64,000 bases of DNA from Mayamaea pseudoterrestris (lineage: Eukaryota), in contig BROI01000001.1 in NCBI GenBank assembly GCA_027923505.1, positions 1,612,001 to 1,676,000 of the forward strand, read 5' to 3'. Positions 47,849 to 59,980 of the stretch are shown in pieces. Each line of letters starts with the position of its first letter. Position 1 is the first letter of the stretch. The notes under the pieces are model-generated. The model was not told the origin of the DNA and did no database searches. It saw only the letters and a list, made by a program, of their open reading frames with translations. Position numbers and translations under genes: made by a program.

Positions 47849-50800
47849 TGACACAATATTATTGAGTTGAGTTGACCTGCGTCTTATGACAAGACGGTTA
47901 GCTACCTGTGTTTTGTATGCATTTAATCCTGTGCAGGGTTGAGTCACACTTGTGACCGAATCCTCACATACATGAGTGAAATCGCTGACGATCGAGGCGT
48001 GAACCTCGACCGTGAACCCAGTGAGAACGAGAAAGAAGCGCACGAGTAGAGTAGCGAGTAACATGCACTATTCTAGCAATTGAGTTTGTTTGTTTGCTTT
48101 ACGCTGGACGAAGAGGTTGATCGCTCCTAGTCCATTGTAGTCGCTGGAATAAAGGTTCGTCTGATATTATCGTGTCAGATTAACAGTCTTGCTAGCTTGT
48201 CTTGACCTGAGAGAGCTGTGCGAAAGAGAGAGAGTGAAAGAATCGAGAAACTGAGAGAGAAAGAGCAGATTCCTTGCGGCGTCGTCAATCCGAATACTTG
48301 ACGCGAGCGCGTAGAACAGGATCGTATAAGGCTCAACTGCATTGAGAGCGGTTGTTGTGTGAGAAAGGACTTGCGGAAAGCGAGGTATTCACTATCATGG
48401 TTTCGGTTACTGCGGAAGCTTTGCAAGCGCTCTGCGTGAACGTTTTCGGACGAGACATCCAAGAAGCGTTCTTGTTTTGGAATGTAACCACCACTACCCA
48501 GATGTTGAGATTGACCAAGGAGCAACTTGAAGCCCCCTACTGGGTCGACAGAGCCGCCATCCCAGCTGGCGTTGAGCAACCTGAAGGCGCGCAACCCGAC
48601 GATGCGCAGCCGGGCGACGAGCCGGCCGACGAACCGGCTGAAGAACAAGCAGCCGCCGCCCCAGTACGATACGAAACGCGTCTACCACCAGTCGACGTGA
48701 ACCTTATCCTCGATGCATGCGAATGGTTTAACATGCACGACGGAGCCCCGAACACCAAGAAGTGGGCGGAACTTGATTTAGGCAAGCTCGAGCGATTCCA
48801 AGAAAGACTCGCCGAACAAGAAATCGGTCGGAAGCGTGAAGAAGGGTACTATATCCTCGAGTCCAAGAGGGCGCAAGCCAAGCTACTTGCCAAGCAACTC
48901 GAAAATGAGAACTTGAAGGCTGAGAAGGCCGAAAAGGAAGCGGATGCCAAGGGTCGATTCTCGAACATCAAGACGAAGCGAGATTACAAGGACTACAAAA
49001 CGTTCCAGCATCCCCACGGGTGGTTGAGTTGGAGCGTCTACCAAGGCAATCGCCAAGCTCCATGGCTGTTCTAACGTGCTCGATAGCAAGTACGTACCAG
49101 TCACGGAAGAAGAGAAGGAAGAGTTTAAGGAGCAGCAAATCTTCATGTACACTGCGTTTCGCAATTGTCTCGAAGTACCTGGATACCAGTCGCTCCTAAT
49201 GAAGTACGCTGACGAGTCTGACGCTCAGAGCGTCTATCGCGATCTCGCGACCAAGTTTGGTTCCGGCGAGTTAGCTACCATCCAAGCGAACGAACTGCAA
49301 GCCAAGCTTGCGACGATCCGCCTAGATTCGACCTGGACGAAAGGACACTACAAGTTCCTAAACTACATCGAACAGCTCATGAAGAATCTCGAGGAGTTCC
49401 GTCCTGGAGTGACGGATGACAAGAAGAAGTACTACTGGCTCCGAGCTGCAGTGGAAGGCGACGAAGAATTCGGCCCCACGTGCACGACATTCGACCAGCA
49501 CTTGACATTTGAACGACGACGCATCATTAGTGCAGGCGGTGACCCAGACGCCATCGTAACGGAAGATTATGACTATCTTTTCGACATGTTGTCGCAGCAG
49601 GCTTTGCGCATCGACAACAAGAACGCCAAGTTGAACAAGGGCAAGAAAAACGCCGACCGCCAAGTGAACAACGCGAACACTACCGGACACGGACGTGGCA
49701 ACGGACGCGGTTCCGGCCGTGGTGGAGGACGCGGCGGTCAAGGCGGACGCGGCGCTGGACGAGACGGTGGACGTGGCACCCAAGCGGGCCGCGGTTCCGG
49801 AGGACGAGGCTCTTCCGCGCCACTCCCAGCAGCCGGTACGCAAGCGCATCGGGAACGATTCCCTGGTGATTATCTGAACTTTGAACAGTTGTTGCAGGCC
49901 CCCTGGTCGTACATGTCGTACGAACGACTCGGCCGACTTAACGAGGACGAATACGCTCAGCTCATGGCTCGACGCGAAGCCGTCCCAAGACCCGCCACAA
50001 CAAGACGCGCGAACAATGGCAACCGCGCGAATAACCAGCAGTCACAAGCGGCTGCCTCGGTGCCTGGTACAATCTTGTATCAGAATGACGCTGTCTCGAT
50101 CGCCCCGACGACAGCCACTCAAGGTGCACCGGATGACATGATTAGATCTTTCCTTGCGAACGCCGCGTCGTCTCGCACTCAAGCTGCGAATAACACCCAG
50201 CAAGAGTTTATGGGAAGCGACGGCCGTCGGTACCGCGCAATGGTATCGGTGCGCTACACTGTGAATCGAGCTCGCAGCAACGAGACCCGCCAAGGATCGC
50301 TGATTGACGGCGGTGCGAACGGTGGACTCGCTGGAAGCGATATGAGAATCTTGAGTACTACCAACCACACGTGTAACGTGACAGGTTTGAGCGACCACAC
50401 GGTTCGCGACCTCCAAGTCGGAACTGGCGTCGCATTGATTGAGACTCGGACTGGACCCATTATCGGTCAGTTCAACCAGTATGCTTTGTACGACGGTGCT
50501 GAATCCATTCATGCTCCATCGCAGCTTCGTTCGTTCGGCCATCTGATCGACGACGTCGCTCGCTCCCAGAATGGAGCACAAGCCATTGTCACCAGTTGTG
50601 GCAAGACCATCCCCTTGGCGATCCGTGACGGCTTGCCTCGTATGGATATGCGTCCGCCGACGGACGCAGAGTTGGAAATGTATCCGACGGTCATTTTCTC
50701 TGCGGACACCCTTTGGGATCCGGCGGAGCTGGATAATGAATGGAACGAAGAAGAACTTGAGTTTAATCGTCGCTTCGACGAATTGGAAGAAGAACACGGC

Positions 50801-53800
50801 TTCGTCGACGCCCGCATGGATGACTTCGGCGACGCCACCTACCGAAACAACATGAACTCAGTGGAACGTGTGGTGCAGTATGTCGATCGCAATCAGGCTG
50901 ATACGACGCGCCAAGCCAATGCACGACGCATAATGCCACAAGAACCTGACTACCAAGCGCTTCGACCCTACCTTGGCTACACGCCACTCGAACGAGTCAA
51001 GCGCACCATTAAGAATACGACACAGCTTTTCCGTGCATCGGCACACACCCCATTTCGCCAACACTTTAAGTCGCGATTCCCTGCCGCCAATGTGGTTCGT
51101 TTCCATGACGATACGGCGACAGATACCTGGTTTTCCAAGGAAGCCGCCTTTAACGACGGAATCCGCGGCCATGGCGGATGCAAGATGATGCAACTGTTCG
51201 TTGGCAAGAAGAGTCTGCTGACGAGGGGATACCCACTGAGAACCGAGAGTGACATGCCCATGGCGCTCGAAGACTTCATTCGAGACATTGGCGCTCCCGA
51301 CTTGCTCATTAGCGATAACTCGCGAGTGCAGCTCGGGAAGCAAGTTGAAACTTTGTTGCGATTCTACGCGATTCGTGACCAACAGAGCGAGCCCGGATAC
51401 CAGAACCAGAACCCTGCCGAGCGTCGCATCCAAGAAGTCAAGTCATCAGTCCAGAACATCATGAACCGTACGGGCGCACCCGCTGGAGCCTGGCTCCTAT
51501 GCGCGCTGTACGTAATCGCCTTATTCAACAATCTGGCGACCGAGTCCCTCAACTGGAAGACACCTACTGAAGCCGCCTTCAACCGAGTACCCGACATTTC
51601 GCCGTTCCTGCAGTTCAAGTTCTGGGAACGAGTCCTGTATGAAGCTGGAGCCGACGAGCCGCCGACATTTCCTCACACCAAGGAAGCAGCAGGACGCTGG
51701 GTCGGTATTGCAGAGAACAAGGGTGACATCCTCACGTACCAAGTTCGATCCGATCGGACTGGAATGGTTGTCGTCCGATCCAACGTTCGTCCCTTCTCCG
51801 AAGGACGTAACCTACGCGCTGAAGCTGAAAGCGCTCCTGAACCCGAGTCCGAACGACCACTGTTCGCGGAACCTGTCTTCGACGCGCGCCCCGCGCGTGA
51901 ACGAGTCCAAGTCGAAACTGTCGACGAGTTTGACGATGAGTATGACCTAGTCGGTCCGGTGTTTGAACACGACCTTACACCGACCCCAGCGCCTGATTCT
52001 GGGGGAACCGTGGATGAAGACGCATTCACGTTGGAAAGCGCTGCCGAGTTAGCCGGTCTGGATCCCGACGGACCCATGCCGTCCTTTACTCCGGCTGAAC
52101 TGATGGGACGCACTGTCCTTCTTGACGAGGAAGACGGCTCCACGCGACGTTACAAGGTTATCGAGCAACTGAACGATCGCGATGAAGCCAACCACAAGAT
52201 CATCAAGTTCCGATTGAGTCTCGGCGACGGCGACGTCGATGAGCTTATTACCTACAACGAACTAGCCGACCTGTGCGAGCGGCAAGATTCTTTACGACTG
52301 GGGGACGATGACAACGACGACCAGTACTACAAGTTTGATTTCATTGACGGACATGAAGGTCCACTGACACAAGCCGACGCTACGTATCGCGGCTCATCCT
52401 ACAACTTGCTCATCCAATGGGCAAATGGCGAGAAGACCTGGGAGCCACTCGCATTGATCATCAAGTCCGACCCTGTGACCGTTGCCGAGTATGGCAAGCG
52501 CAAGGGCATGCTGGACAAGGATGGATGGAAGCGCTTGAAGCGCATGGCAGGACGCACTAAATTGTTTAACCGCATGTGCAAGGCTGCAAAGAAGAACCGT
52601 GTCCAAGAAGCGCGTTTCAAGTTTGGCGTTCAAGTTCCTAATACCTGGAAGGAAGCGAACCGCCTCGACGCTGCTAATGGAAACACCCTGTGGGCTGACG
52701 CCGTCAAGACTGAGATGGAGCAGCTACACGAGTACGACACTTTCATCGACAAGGGCATCGGTGCCTTCATGGAAAGTGACTGGAAGCGCATCAACGCGCA
52801 TCTTGTTTTCGACTGCAAGAACGATCTACGACGTAAGGCCCGACTCGTCGCCGGGGGACATCTGACCGCTCCGCCCAAGGACTCCGCCTACTCCGGCGTT
52901 GTATCTATGCGAAGCATTCGAACCATAGCACTGTTAGCTGAACTGAACGACCTCAAGTTTTGGGCTGCCGATGTCGGTAACGCCTACCTCGAGGCCAAGA
53001 CCAAGGAAAAGGTCTACATTGTTGCCGGTCCCGAGTTTGGACCATTGGAAGGCCATACCTTGGTCATCTACAAGGCACTTTACGGATTGCGCACTTCTGG
53101 CGCGCGTTGGCATGAGCACTTTGCCGACACACTCCGCGACATTGGATTCTACCCAAGCTACGCGGATCCTGACGTCTGGATGAAAGACTGTGGCACTCAC
53201 TACGAGTACGTCGGCGTGTTCGTCGACGATCTGGCTATGGCCATGAAAGATCCACAAGCCTTCACGGACCTCCTCAAGGACAAGTACAAGTACAAGTTGA
53301 AGGGCGTCGGTGACATCAAGTATCACCTTGGAGCCGACTTCTATCGTGACCCCGATGGAACCCTCTGCATGAGCGCGAAGACCTACGTCGGTCGCATGCT
53401 CAAGAACTACGAGACCATGTTTGGCGAGAAGCCACGCAAGCGCAAGTCACCGCTTGACGACGGGGACCACCCCGAACTTGACCTTACCGAAGAGCTGGAT
53501 GCCCGTGGCATTCAACAGTACCAGTCTCTTATCGGTGCCCTCCAGTGGGCAGTGACCCTATGTCGACTTGACATTCATTGTGCCGTAATGACACTTGGCC
53601 GATTCCGCTGCGCCCCGCGCCGTGGACACCTGGACCGAGCCAAGCGAGTCTGCGGTTACCTAGCTGAGTACCCTGACGCGGCGATTCGTTTCCGGACGAA
53701 GATCGTCGATCACGGGGAACCTACCAAGTATGATTGGTTGCAATCGGTCTACGGCAACTCAAGCGAAGAGCTTCCGTGGAACATGCCGATCCCGAAGGGC

Positions 53801-54650
53801 AAGCCTGTGCAACTAACTACCTTTATGGACGCGAACCTGTACCATGATTACACTACTGGACGTTCCGCAATGGGAGTCCTGCATTTCCTGAACCAGACGC
53901 CCGTCGAATGGTTCTGCAAGCGTCAGAATACTGTCGAGACTGCAACGTATGGATCCGAGTTCGTCGTCGCCAAGACCGCGACGGAACAGATTATGGATTT
54001 CCGGTACTCCCTACGGATGTTGGGAGTTCCTTTGAGTGGACCAGCCTGGAAATTCGGCGACAACGAAAGTGTCAAGAAGTCGTCAACGATCCCGCACTCC
54101 ACACTTTCTAAGCGACACAATGCGCTCGCCTACCACCGAGTTCGCGAGGCCATTGCAAGCAATGTTCTGTACTTTGAGCACATCTTCGGCAAGCAGAACG
54201 TCGCCGACGTTCTTACCAAGTTCTTGCCGCATGCCACGTTCCGACCCCTGATCATTCCGATTCTTTTCTGGAAGGGTGATACGGCAAACCGATCGTTGTC
54301 ACAAGCCTAGATCAAGGGGGATGACACAATATTATTGAGTTGAGTTGACCTGCGTCTTATGACAAGACGGTTAGCTACCTGTGTTTTGTATGCATTTAAT
54401 CCTGTGCAGGGTTGAGTCACACTTGTGACCAAATCCTCACATACATGAGTGAAATCGCTGACGATCGAGGCGTGAACCTCGACCGTGAACCCAGTGAGAA
54501 CGAGAAAGAAGCGCACGAGTAGAGTAGCGAGTAACATGCACTATTCTAGCAATTGAGTTTGTTTGTTTGCTTTACGCTGGACGAAGAGGTTGATCGCTCC
54601 GAGTCCATTGTAGTCGCTGGAATAAAGGTTCGTCTGATATTATCGTGTCA
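47849..54650 (+). mobile_element. Family 1 copia copy C; full length (6802 bp) and very recent
   Basis: LTRs 47849-48177 and 54322-54650 with two differences seen. TSD CACCT at 47844-47848 and 54651-54655. PBS 48178-48191; PPT about 54309-54321. Confidence 0.97.
48397..54310 (+). CDS. Gag-Pol polyprotein (Gag, PR, INT, chromodomain-like segment, RT, RNase H) with one 2-bp deletion near 49035
   Basis: LIDGGANGG; DTW/SDN/AERRI; KARLVAGG, ADVGNAYL, LYGL, FVDD; MDAN, GSEF, GDN, NVADVLTK. GGAGCGTCTA here versus GGAGCGCGTCTA in copies A and B explains the frameshift. Confidence 0.93.
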
Positions 54651-55869
54651 CACCTGCCAGGAGCAGATCCTTGCCAACCAGCAGCAAATCATCGCCAACC
54701 AGGCTGCCAACAAGGATGCCACTACTGGGCAGCTCAACACTGTCCTTGCCAAACAGGATGCCACTACTGCGCAGCTCAACACTGTCCTTGCCAAACAGGA
54801 TGCCACTACTGCGCAGCTCAACACTGTCCTTTCCAAACAGGATGTCACTACTGAGCAGCTCAAATCTCTTCTTGCCAACCAGATGCAGATCCTTGCCAAC
54901 CAGACTGCCAACACGCGGGCCATCAACAAGATGAATCAGGCCATCAACCAGGCGAATCGGGCCATCACTAATGTGTACACAGCTATCGATACTAAATTCA
55001 ACAGTCTCACTGAGCATATCACCGACAAGATGCGTCGCATGAATACCAATTCAGTACTTCTGTGCGCACTTATCATGACTTGATGTTGCCGCCTCTTGCA
55101 AATATTGATACACGCATTGGTGAGGTTATGGTTGGGATGCAGGTCTTGCTTGGAGGCATGCAGGCAGGCCCAGCCGGTGTAGGCCAAGGCCAGGCGGGCG
55201 GCAACGAAGAAGCCGAGGTTGGCGTGGATGCTGAGGCAGGCGCCAACAAAGAAGCCGAGGTTGGTGCGGATGCTGAGGCGGGCGCCAATGAAGAAGCCGA
55301 GGTTGGTGCGGATGCTGAGGCAGGCGCCAACGAAGACGCTGAGGTGGGCGCCAACGAAGAAGCCGAGGTTGGCGCAAATGCTGAGGCGGGCGACATTGGA
55401 GCTGGTGAAGATGGCGCCGACAAAGACACCGAAGATGGCGGCAACAAAGTTGTCAAGGAGATTGACATTGCGGCAGATGCCTAAGACTTGAGTTCAAAGT
55501 TTGAACATGGAGGGACGGCGTTTGGAAGGGCCGTTTGTTGGTGGAACAATATTATTACATGTTTATTTCATGGTCATTTGAGACTGGTGCTCAAGCTTGA
55601 CGCAGCTTTGACCAATTATAGTTTTAGTTGATGACTATTTCAATATACATGTAGTTGTCGTCAAAGGTGATACATAGTAAAGTAGTTGATGCTGCGTAGC
55701 AAAGCCACGGCAAATCTTCGCAAGCCACTCGTTTCCGTGTCGCAGCGATTATAAATGAGTCATGCTGCGACGTTTTACGAGTTGGCAACTTGCAGCCATG
55801 AAGATTCCACTCGATTCTTTTGTTGGCATGTGTCTCTCCTTGCCGATTACATTACCCTACACTAGCAAT

Positions 55870-56864
55870 ATGCCATCTTCATCATCATCTATGTGCCTGT
55901 CATACTTGACTAAAGAGCTCGTCGCCGCTGCCAAGCGCCACTGGCAGTTTCTGGCCGACCTGCATCGCCGCAGCATCACTCTTGCACCAAGGAATCGGCA
56001 GGCTTTGAGCATTCATCGCTACTTGTGTTACTGGATTCCGCTACTGCGGCAGCAGCAAAATGAAAGCAGTAACAATATCATGTTAGTTCATCCACTCGAC
56101 ATTGCCTGGGTGGGGCACTGTGATCGGCTGCAGCCTTTGGAATACTTGAAGCGATTCGACGATGGCAATGGAATAAGCGACGCCAATTTACAGCATCACA
56201 TGGCATCGGCCTTTTTGTTTCAGACGCCGAGCGCAAACATTCATGTTCCTACAATTGAAGTTTGGAAGAGTATGTATCCAAATGAACCATTCTTCACGAC
56301 GAGCATGACAAGCGCGAAACAATTCACAGCAGCAGCAGCAGCAGCAGCAGCAGCGCCGATATGCAGTCGCTCCAATCACTCTGCGCCAGTCAAGCTGACT
56401 TTTTCTACAAAATATCAAGTCCAAACTACATTGACGAGGCCATTTTGAGCAAGATCATCAACTGCTACCAGCTGTTTCTGTCACTGCCACCGTCACATGT
56501 GCCGCTCATTCCGATGCACTCGATTGATTTTGTTTGGCACACACACATAGCGCTGCATGCGCCTTCATACGTAGAGGATTGCCAAAGGCTGCGCCAAGAT
56601 GCAAGCGTGCTCATGCATCATGTTGATGAACGCGCGGAGCAACGCAAGGACAATCAGCAGCAGCAGCAGCAGCAGCAACAACATTCACACAATCATGCTC
56701 AACAAGCAAACGAAATGCACCAGCAGCAGGAGCACAATGCGTGGCTAAATACGCTGGCACTTTGGAAGCAGGTGCATCCATCTAAAGACTTTGTCGTCGA
56801 CGGTGATTGCCTCTGCCATGGCTCGTCGCCGCGAGAGTATTACAAGCAGCATGAAAGTTGGAAA

Positions 56865-56899
<35 letters not shown>

Positions 56900-57551
56900 A
56901 GATGCTAGTAATGGCAACGGCAGCAGTAAAGGTAATATAGCAATGAGGCACAAGTTGCAGGAATAACAAGAGGAGCAGCCGCACGTGCCGCCATGCGCGT
57001 TCGTTCCAATGCATGTGCCACGCTTGACGGAGCTGCCACGCAAACCAGCGCCACCAGCATTCATTAGCACAAGTGTTGGTCAATCACCAAAATCATCACT
57101 CGCAGCAACTGCAGACGAGTATTCCGATGTGAAGCATCCTCCAAAAGACCATTACGTGTTTGGCATGGGACCCTGCGGCGTGGGCTACTACTCGCTGGAG
57201 CCCTGCAGCAACAACCATCACTTGGCTGATGCATTACTGATCATGCACCAGCGCTTCAAGCACAAGCAGCACACTTTGGAAGCGCAAGTGCAAGCGATTG
57301 ATACAAGCTATTGCTTGTGTGGATTGTTTGGATACTTGCCAGCGCGGACGTGGCAAAAACGTGAGCTGTTGGAGGAGGAGATTGTCACGTTGACCAACAT
57401 GCGGCAAAGCATTTGGCACACCGTCAAGAAGGATTCATTGAGGAGCAGGAGGCGACATCACAGCTGCAGCAGCAAAATCTATGTATTGGGCTACAGAGCG
57501 GTATGTTTATCTGCAGGAAAGCCATACTATTTCAACTTTAAAACCATATAA
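55870..57551 (+). pseudogene. Glycine-rich-domain protein (GRDP/DUF1399-like) pseudogene
   Basis: Two units of RY...P.LD[IV]..[VW].H: IHRYLCYWIPLL...PLDIAWVGHCDRL and YQLFLSL...PMHSIDFVWHTH...YVEDC. A frameshift and a stop lie near (GCA)n tracts. Confidence 0.65.
56327..56897 (+). repeat. Three (GCA/CAG)n microsatellites
   Basis: Runs at about 56327-56353, 56655-56676 and 56869-56898. Confidence 0.8.
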
Positions 57552-58209
57552 TTTGTATCATTCTATATATTTAGTTTATATAAAAGGAAACTGATTGTTG
57601 AAAGGAAGGGCGAGAAGGAATGGACAGTATAAAAAACTTGAACACAGCGTTCGATTAAAGGCCCAGCATTTCCTTCGCATGATAAATCTCCTGCAATTTT
57701 GTTTCTGCATACACACGCTCTTCAATCGACATATATGATTTATACTTGTCTGGATGATACATAAGTGCCATGGCATGTTAACCCTTCCTCAGAGTTGCCC
57801 GACTAGCATTCTTGTCCATGACACCAAGAAAAAAGCCGTAAATGAGCCGTTCCCCTTCCGAAAGAATAGGACGAGGCGGTGACTCATTTTGACTGGGGTT
57901 GCTGGAATTGGCAACACTTGCAGCATATGGCTCATATGTGACTCCTGTCCCCTCATGGCATTTAGCTTGCCACTGGGATGGCTCATTTCATCTGTGCGGC
58001 AAACACATAAGTGACACCCTTCAACTTTGAGTTTTGCTGCAGCTTTCCACCTCCTCTGCACCAGCACACACCACCGTTATGGCAGTCTTATGTACCTTGA
58101 ACACATGATTATACTACTACAACAATTCTGCATAATTTTTAAATCCATTACATAGCCTGGATTACATTTTTTCCCATCCATTCGCTCACAGTTTTTGGAG
58201 CTTGCAGCA

Positions 58210-59162
58210 CTACATATTATTGTAGTTTACATTGAACAAGGGCTCACCATTCTCGATTGCAAGCTGAGTGACTACGGCAACAGCACGGAACATTGAAGAT
58301 TGTTTTGATGGATCATGCCGAAAGACTTGCTTCAAGCAGCCCCATTGCTTGAAACGCTTGTTCACGGTTTCATGCCTCGCCCACACTCGCTTGGTCAAGG
58401 CAACACGCGCAGCACCTTCAGCAAACCGACGTGGTGCCACCACAAACCGAGGACACTCTCCAGCATATCCATCATCAGCCTCCACCCTTTCACCTTGGCT
58501 CAGCATTCCCTTCAAAGCCTGGCGAAAAATCTTGATGTCGGGCCATTCACCGCAAGGAAACGGTCCAGAAATCCACACAATATGACCTGTAAGAATGCAA
58601 AGCGCAACTTCCCAGCGCAGGCCTGGCCCATTAAATTTATGGGAGTACCACCCTTTCCAAAATGGTTGAAACTGTTGAATGCGAAAGTCAGTGCCATCAA
58701 CTGATACCAGGCAATCATTTCCAACGTCATTTTGAAGGCGGTTTTCCCAAAGAATCTGTGGAGCAGCATGGGAATAACTGCATGAGAATTGAAAGAAACA
58801 AGTAGACAAATTGGAGCTTTACCAGCCAAACTTACCACTTGATTCTCCAAGAATGAGATTTGATCAATGAAAAGCCAGCTCCACTTTGAAAAGGTCTTCT
58901 CGTCAACTCCACCAGCCAAGGAAACTATTGCACGCTCAGGGAGATAGAGTTTCATATGCATCAAGCCCCATAACAGATGCTTTGGTTTGGCTCTCTTGTG
59001 TATGAACCTTTCAGGTTCAAGTTTGGCCCAAAGGATGCTGCAAATTGCAGGCGTGGTTCCAAATGTCGAGCGGAAGCGTTGGTCAGTTTGGCCAGTGACG
59101 CGGTGGCCATGGCGCGACATTATCTCATTGCCAATGCCAACAAAATGCTCTAATGGAACCAT
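58210..59162 (-). CDS. DDE_Tnp_4-like (PIF/Harbinger/ISL2EU-related) transposase, 2 exons, intact
   Basis: Intron 58835-58756 joins ENQV-ILWENR. N-terminal FRSTFG...LLWGLMHMKLY...GVDEKT (HTH-like). Catalytic VDGTDF, WYSHK, WPD, ADDGY, ARHETVNKRFKQW. Confidence 0.8.
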
Positions 59163-59395
59163 TCTAGCTGCTGCACTAGTGACAAGTTAAAAGAAGCTTA
59201 GTAAAGTTTGCGGGTGCCTCATCAATGGCATGATGGTCCGCATGATCAAGTCTTTGATGCGATGGCATCGTTCACGACGGCAAGGAATCGAGCGTGGAAG
59301 GCGTGCGCGTCGCTCTGCCACGCACTCTTGTGAACGAGCACTTCTCACGGACCACGACACAAATTGACAATTTTTACATATGCCTAATTAAGTGG

Positions 59396-59757
59396 CATAT
59401 GTGATGTATGACGTCATAAGTGACATATGTGACTCATGCTGACAGGTGTCGCATGTGAGGCATATGTCGACATATGTCGCATGTGTCGCATATGTCACAT
59501 ATGCGATTTTTCAAGCAGCATAAAGTCCGCAACAAAACAGCTACAACCAAAAAGTAAATAGGTGATTATTTACCTCTACCATTGCTTTATCTGATGAAAT
59601 ATTGCTGGTTGCAATCAGAGGTCTATAGGTGACAAAATGGTGGTTTGAAAATGGCTGTTTTTCATGCATCGACATATGTCGCATGTGTGACACCTGTTGA
59701 CACGTGTCGCATATGTCACATATGTCAACATATGCCCCTTGCGTCACATGTGATGTC
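59396..59757. repeat. Two mirrored arrays of CATATG/CANNTG 9-bp-periodic motifs
   Basis: 59420-59470 aligns without gaps to the reverse complement of 59669-59719 (40/51 identical by manual count). Confidence 0.7.
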
Positions 59758-59980
59758 AATGGCGATAAAAGGCATATCTAAAGAAATGTCAATTCACTTT
59801 TGCCGTCCATTGTGACACGTTTTGCACGGCGAAATGTGACGCGTCGACTGCTGCAGCAATCAAGACTGCGCGGCCGCGTGTCATCGCTCGTCACGACAGC
59901 AACACCATCAGTCGATCAAACACGAACAAGTTGCTTACTTTTGACCCATTCTCAACAACAGCACACAATATTACTTGACA

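Larger units (their letters stand above)
46750..55484 (+). pseudogene. Asn/Gln-rich heptad-repeat coiled-coil gene with acidic repeat tail, split by copia copy C
   Basis: 21-nt-based repeats (ILANQxx). The empty site rejoins in frame (ILANQPDVLT-CQEQILANQQQ). TAG stops at 47278 and 47800 replace CAG. 42-nt GANEEAEVGADAEA repeats lie at about 55197-55390. Confidence 0.7.

Noticed and set aside
46720..47856. Long antisense ORFs (378 aa and 276 aa) over the heptad repeat
   Set aside because: They are shadow frames of a low-complexity repeat whose unit length is a multiple of three.
47843..48064. Recurrent antisense LTR ORF MLLATLLVRF..., resembling a signal peptide
   Set aside because: It recurs only because the LTR is repeated. 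Its C-terminus depends on flanking DNA and there is no evidence of function.
49030..49080. Programmed frameshift between gag and pol in copy C
   Set aside because: It is a 2-bp deletion relative to copies A and B, which read through in one frame, so it is a mutation or sequencing error.
57778..57800. TTAA-CCCT piggyBac-like terminus
   Set aside because: No matching inverted end and no piggyBac transposase was found in the window.
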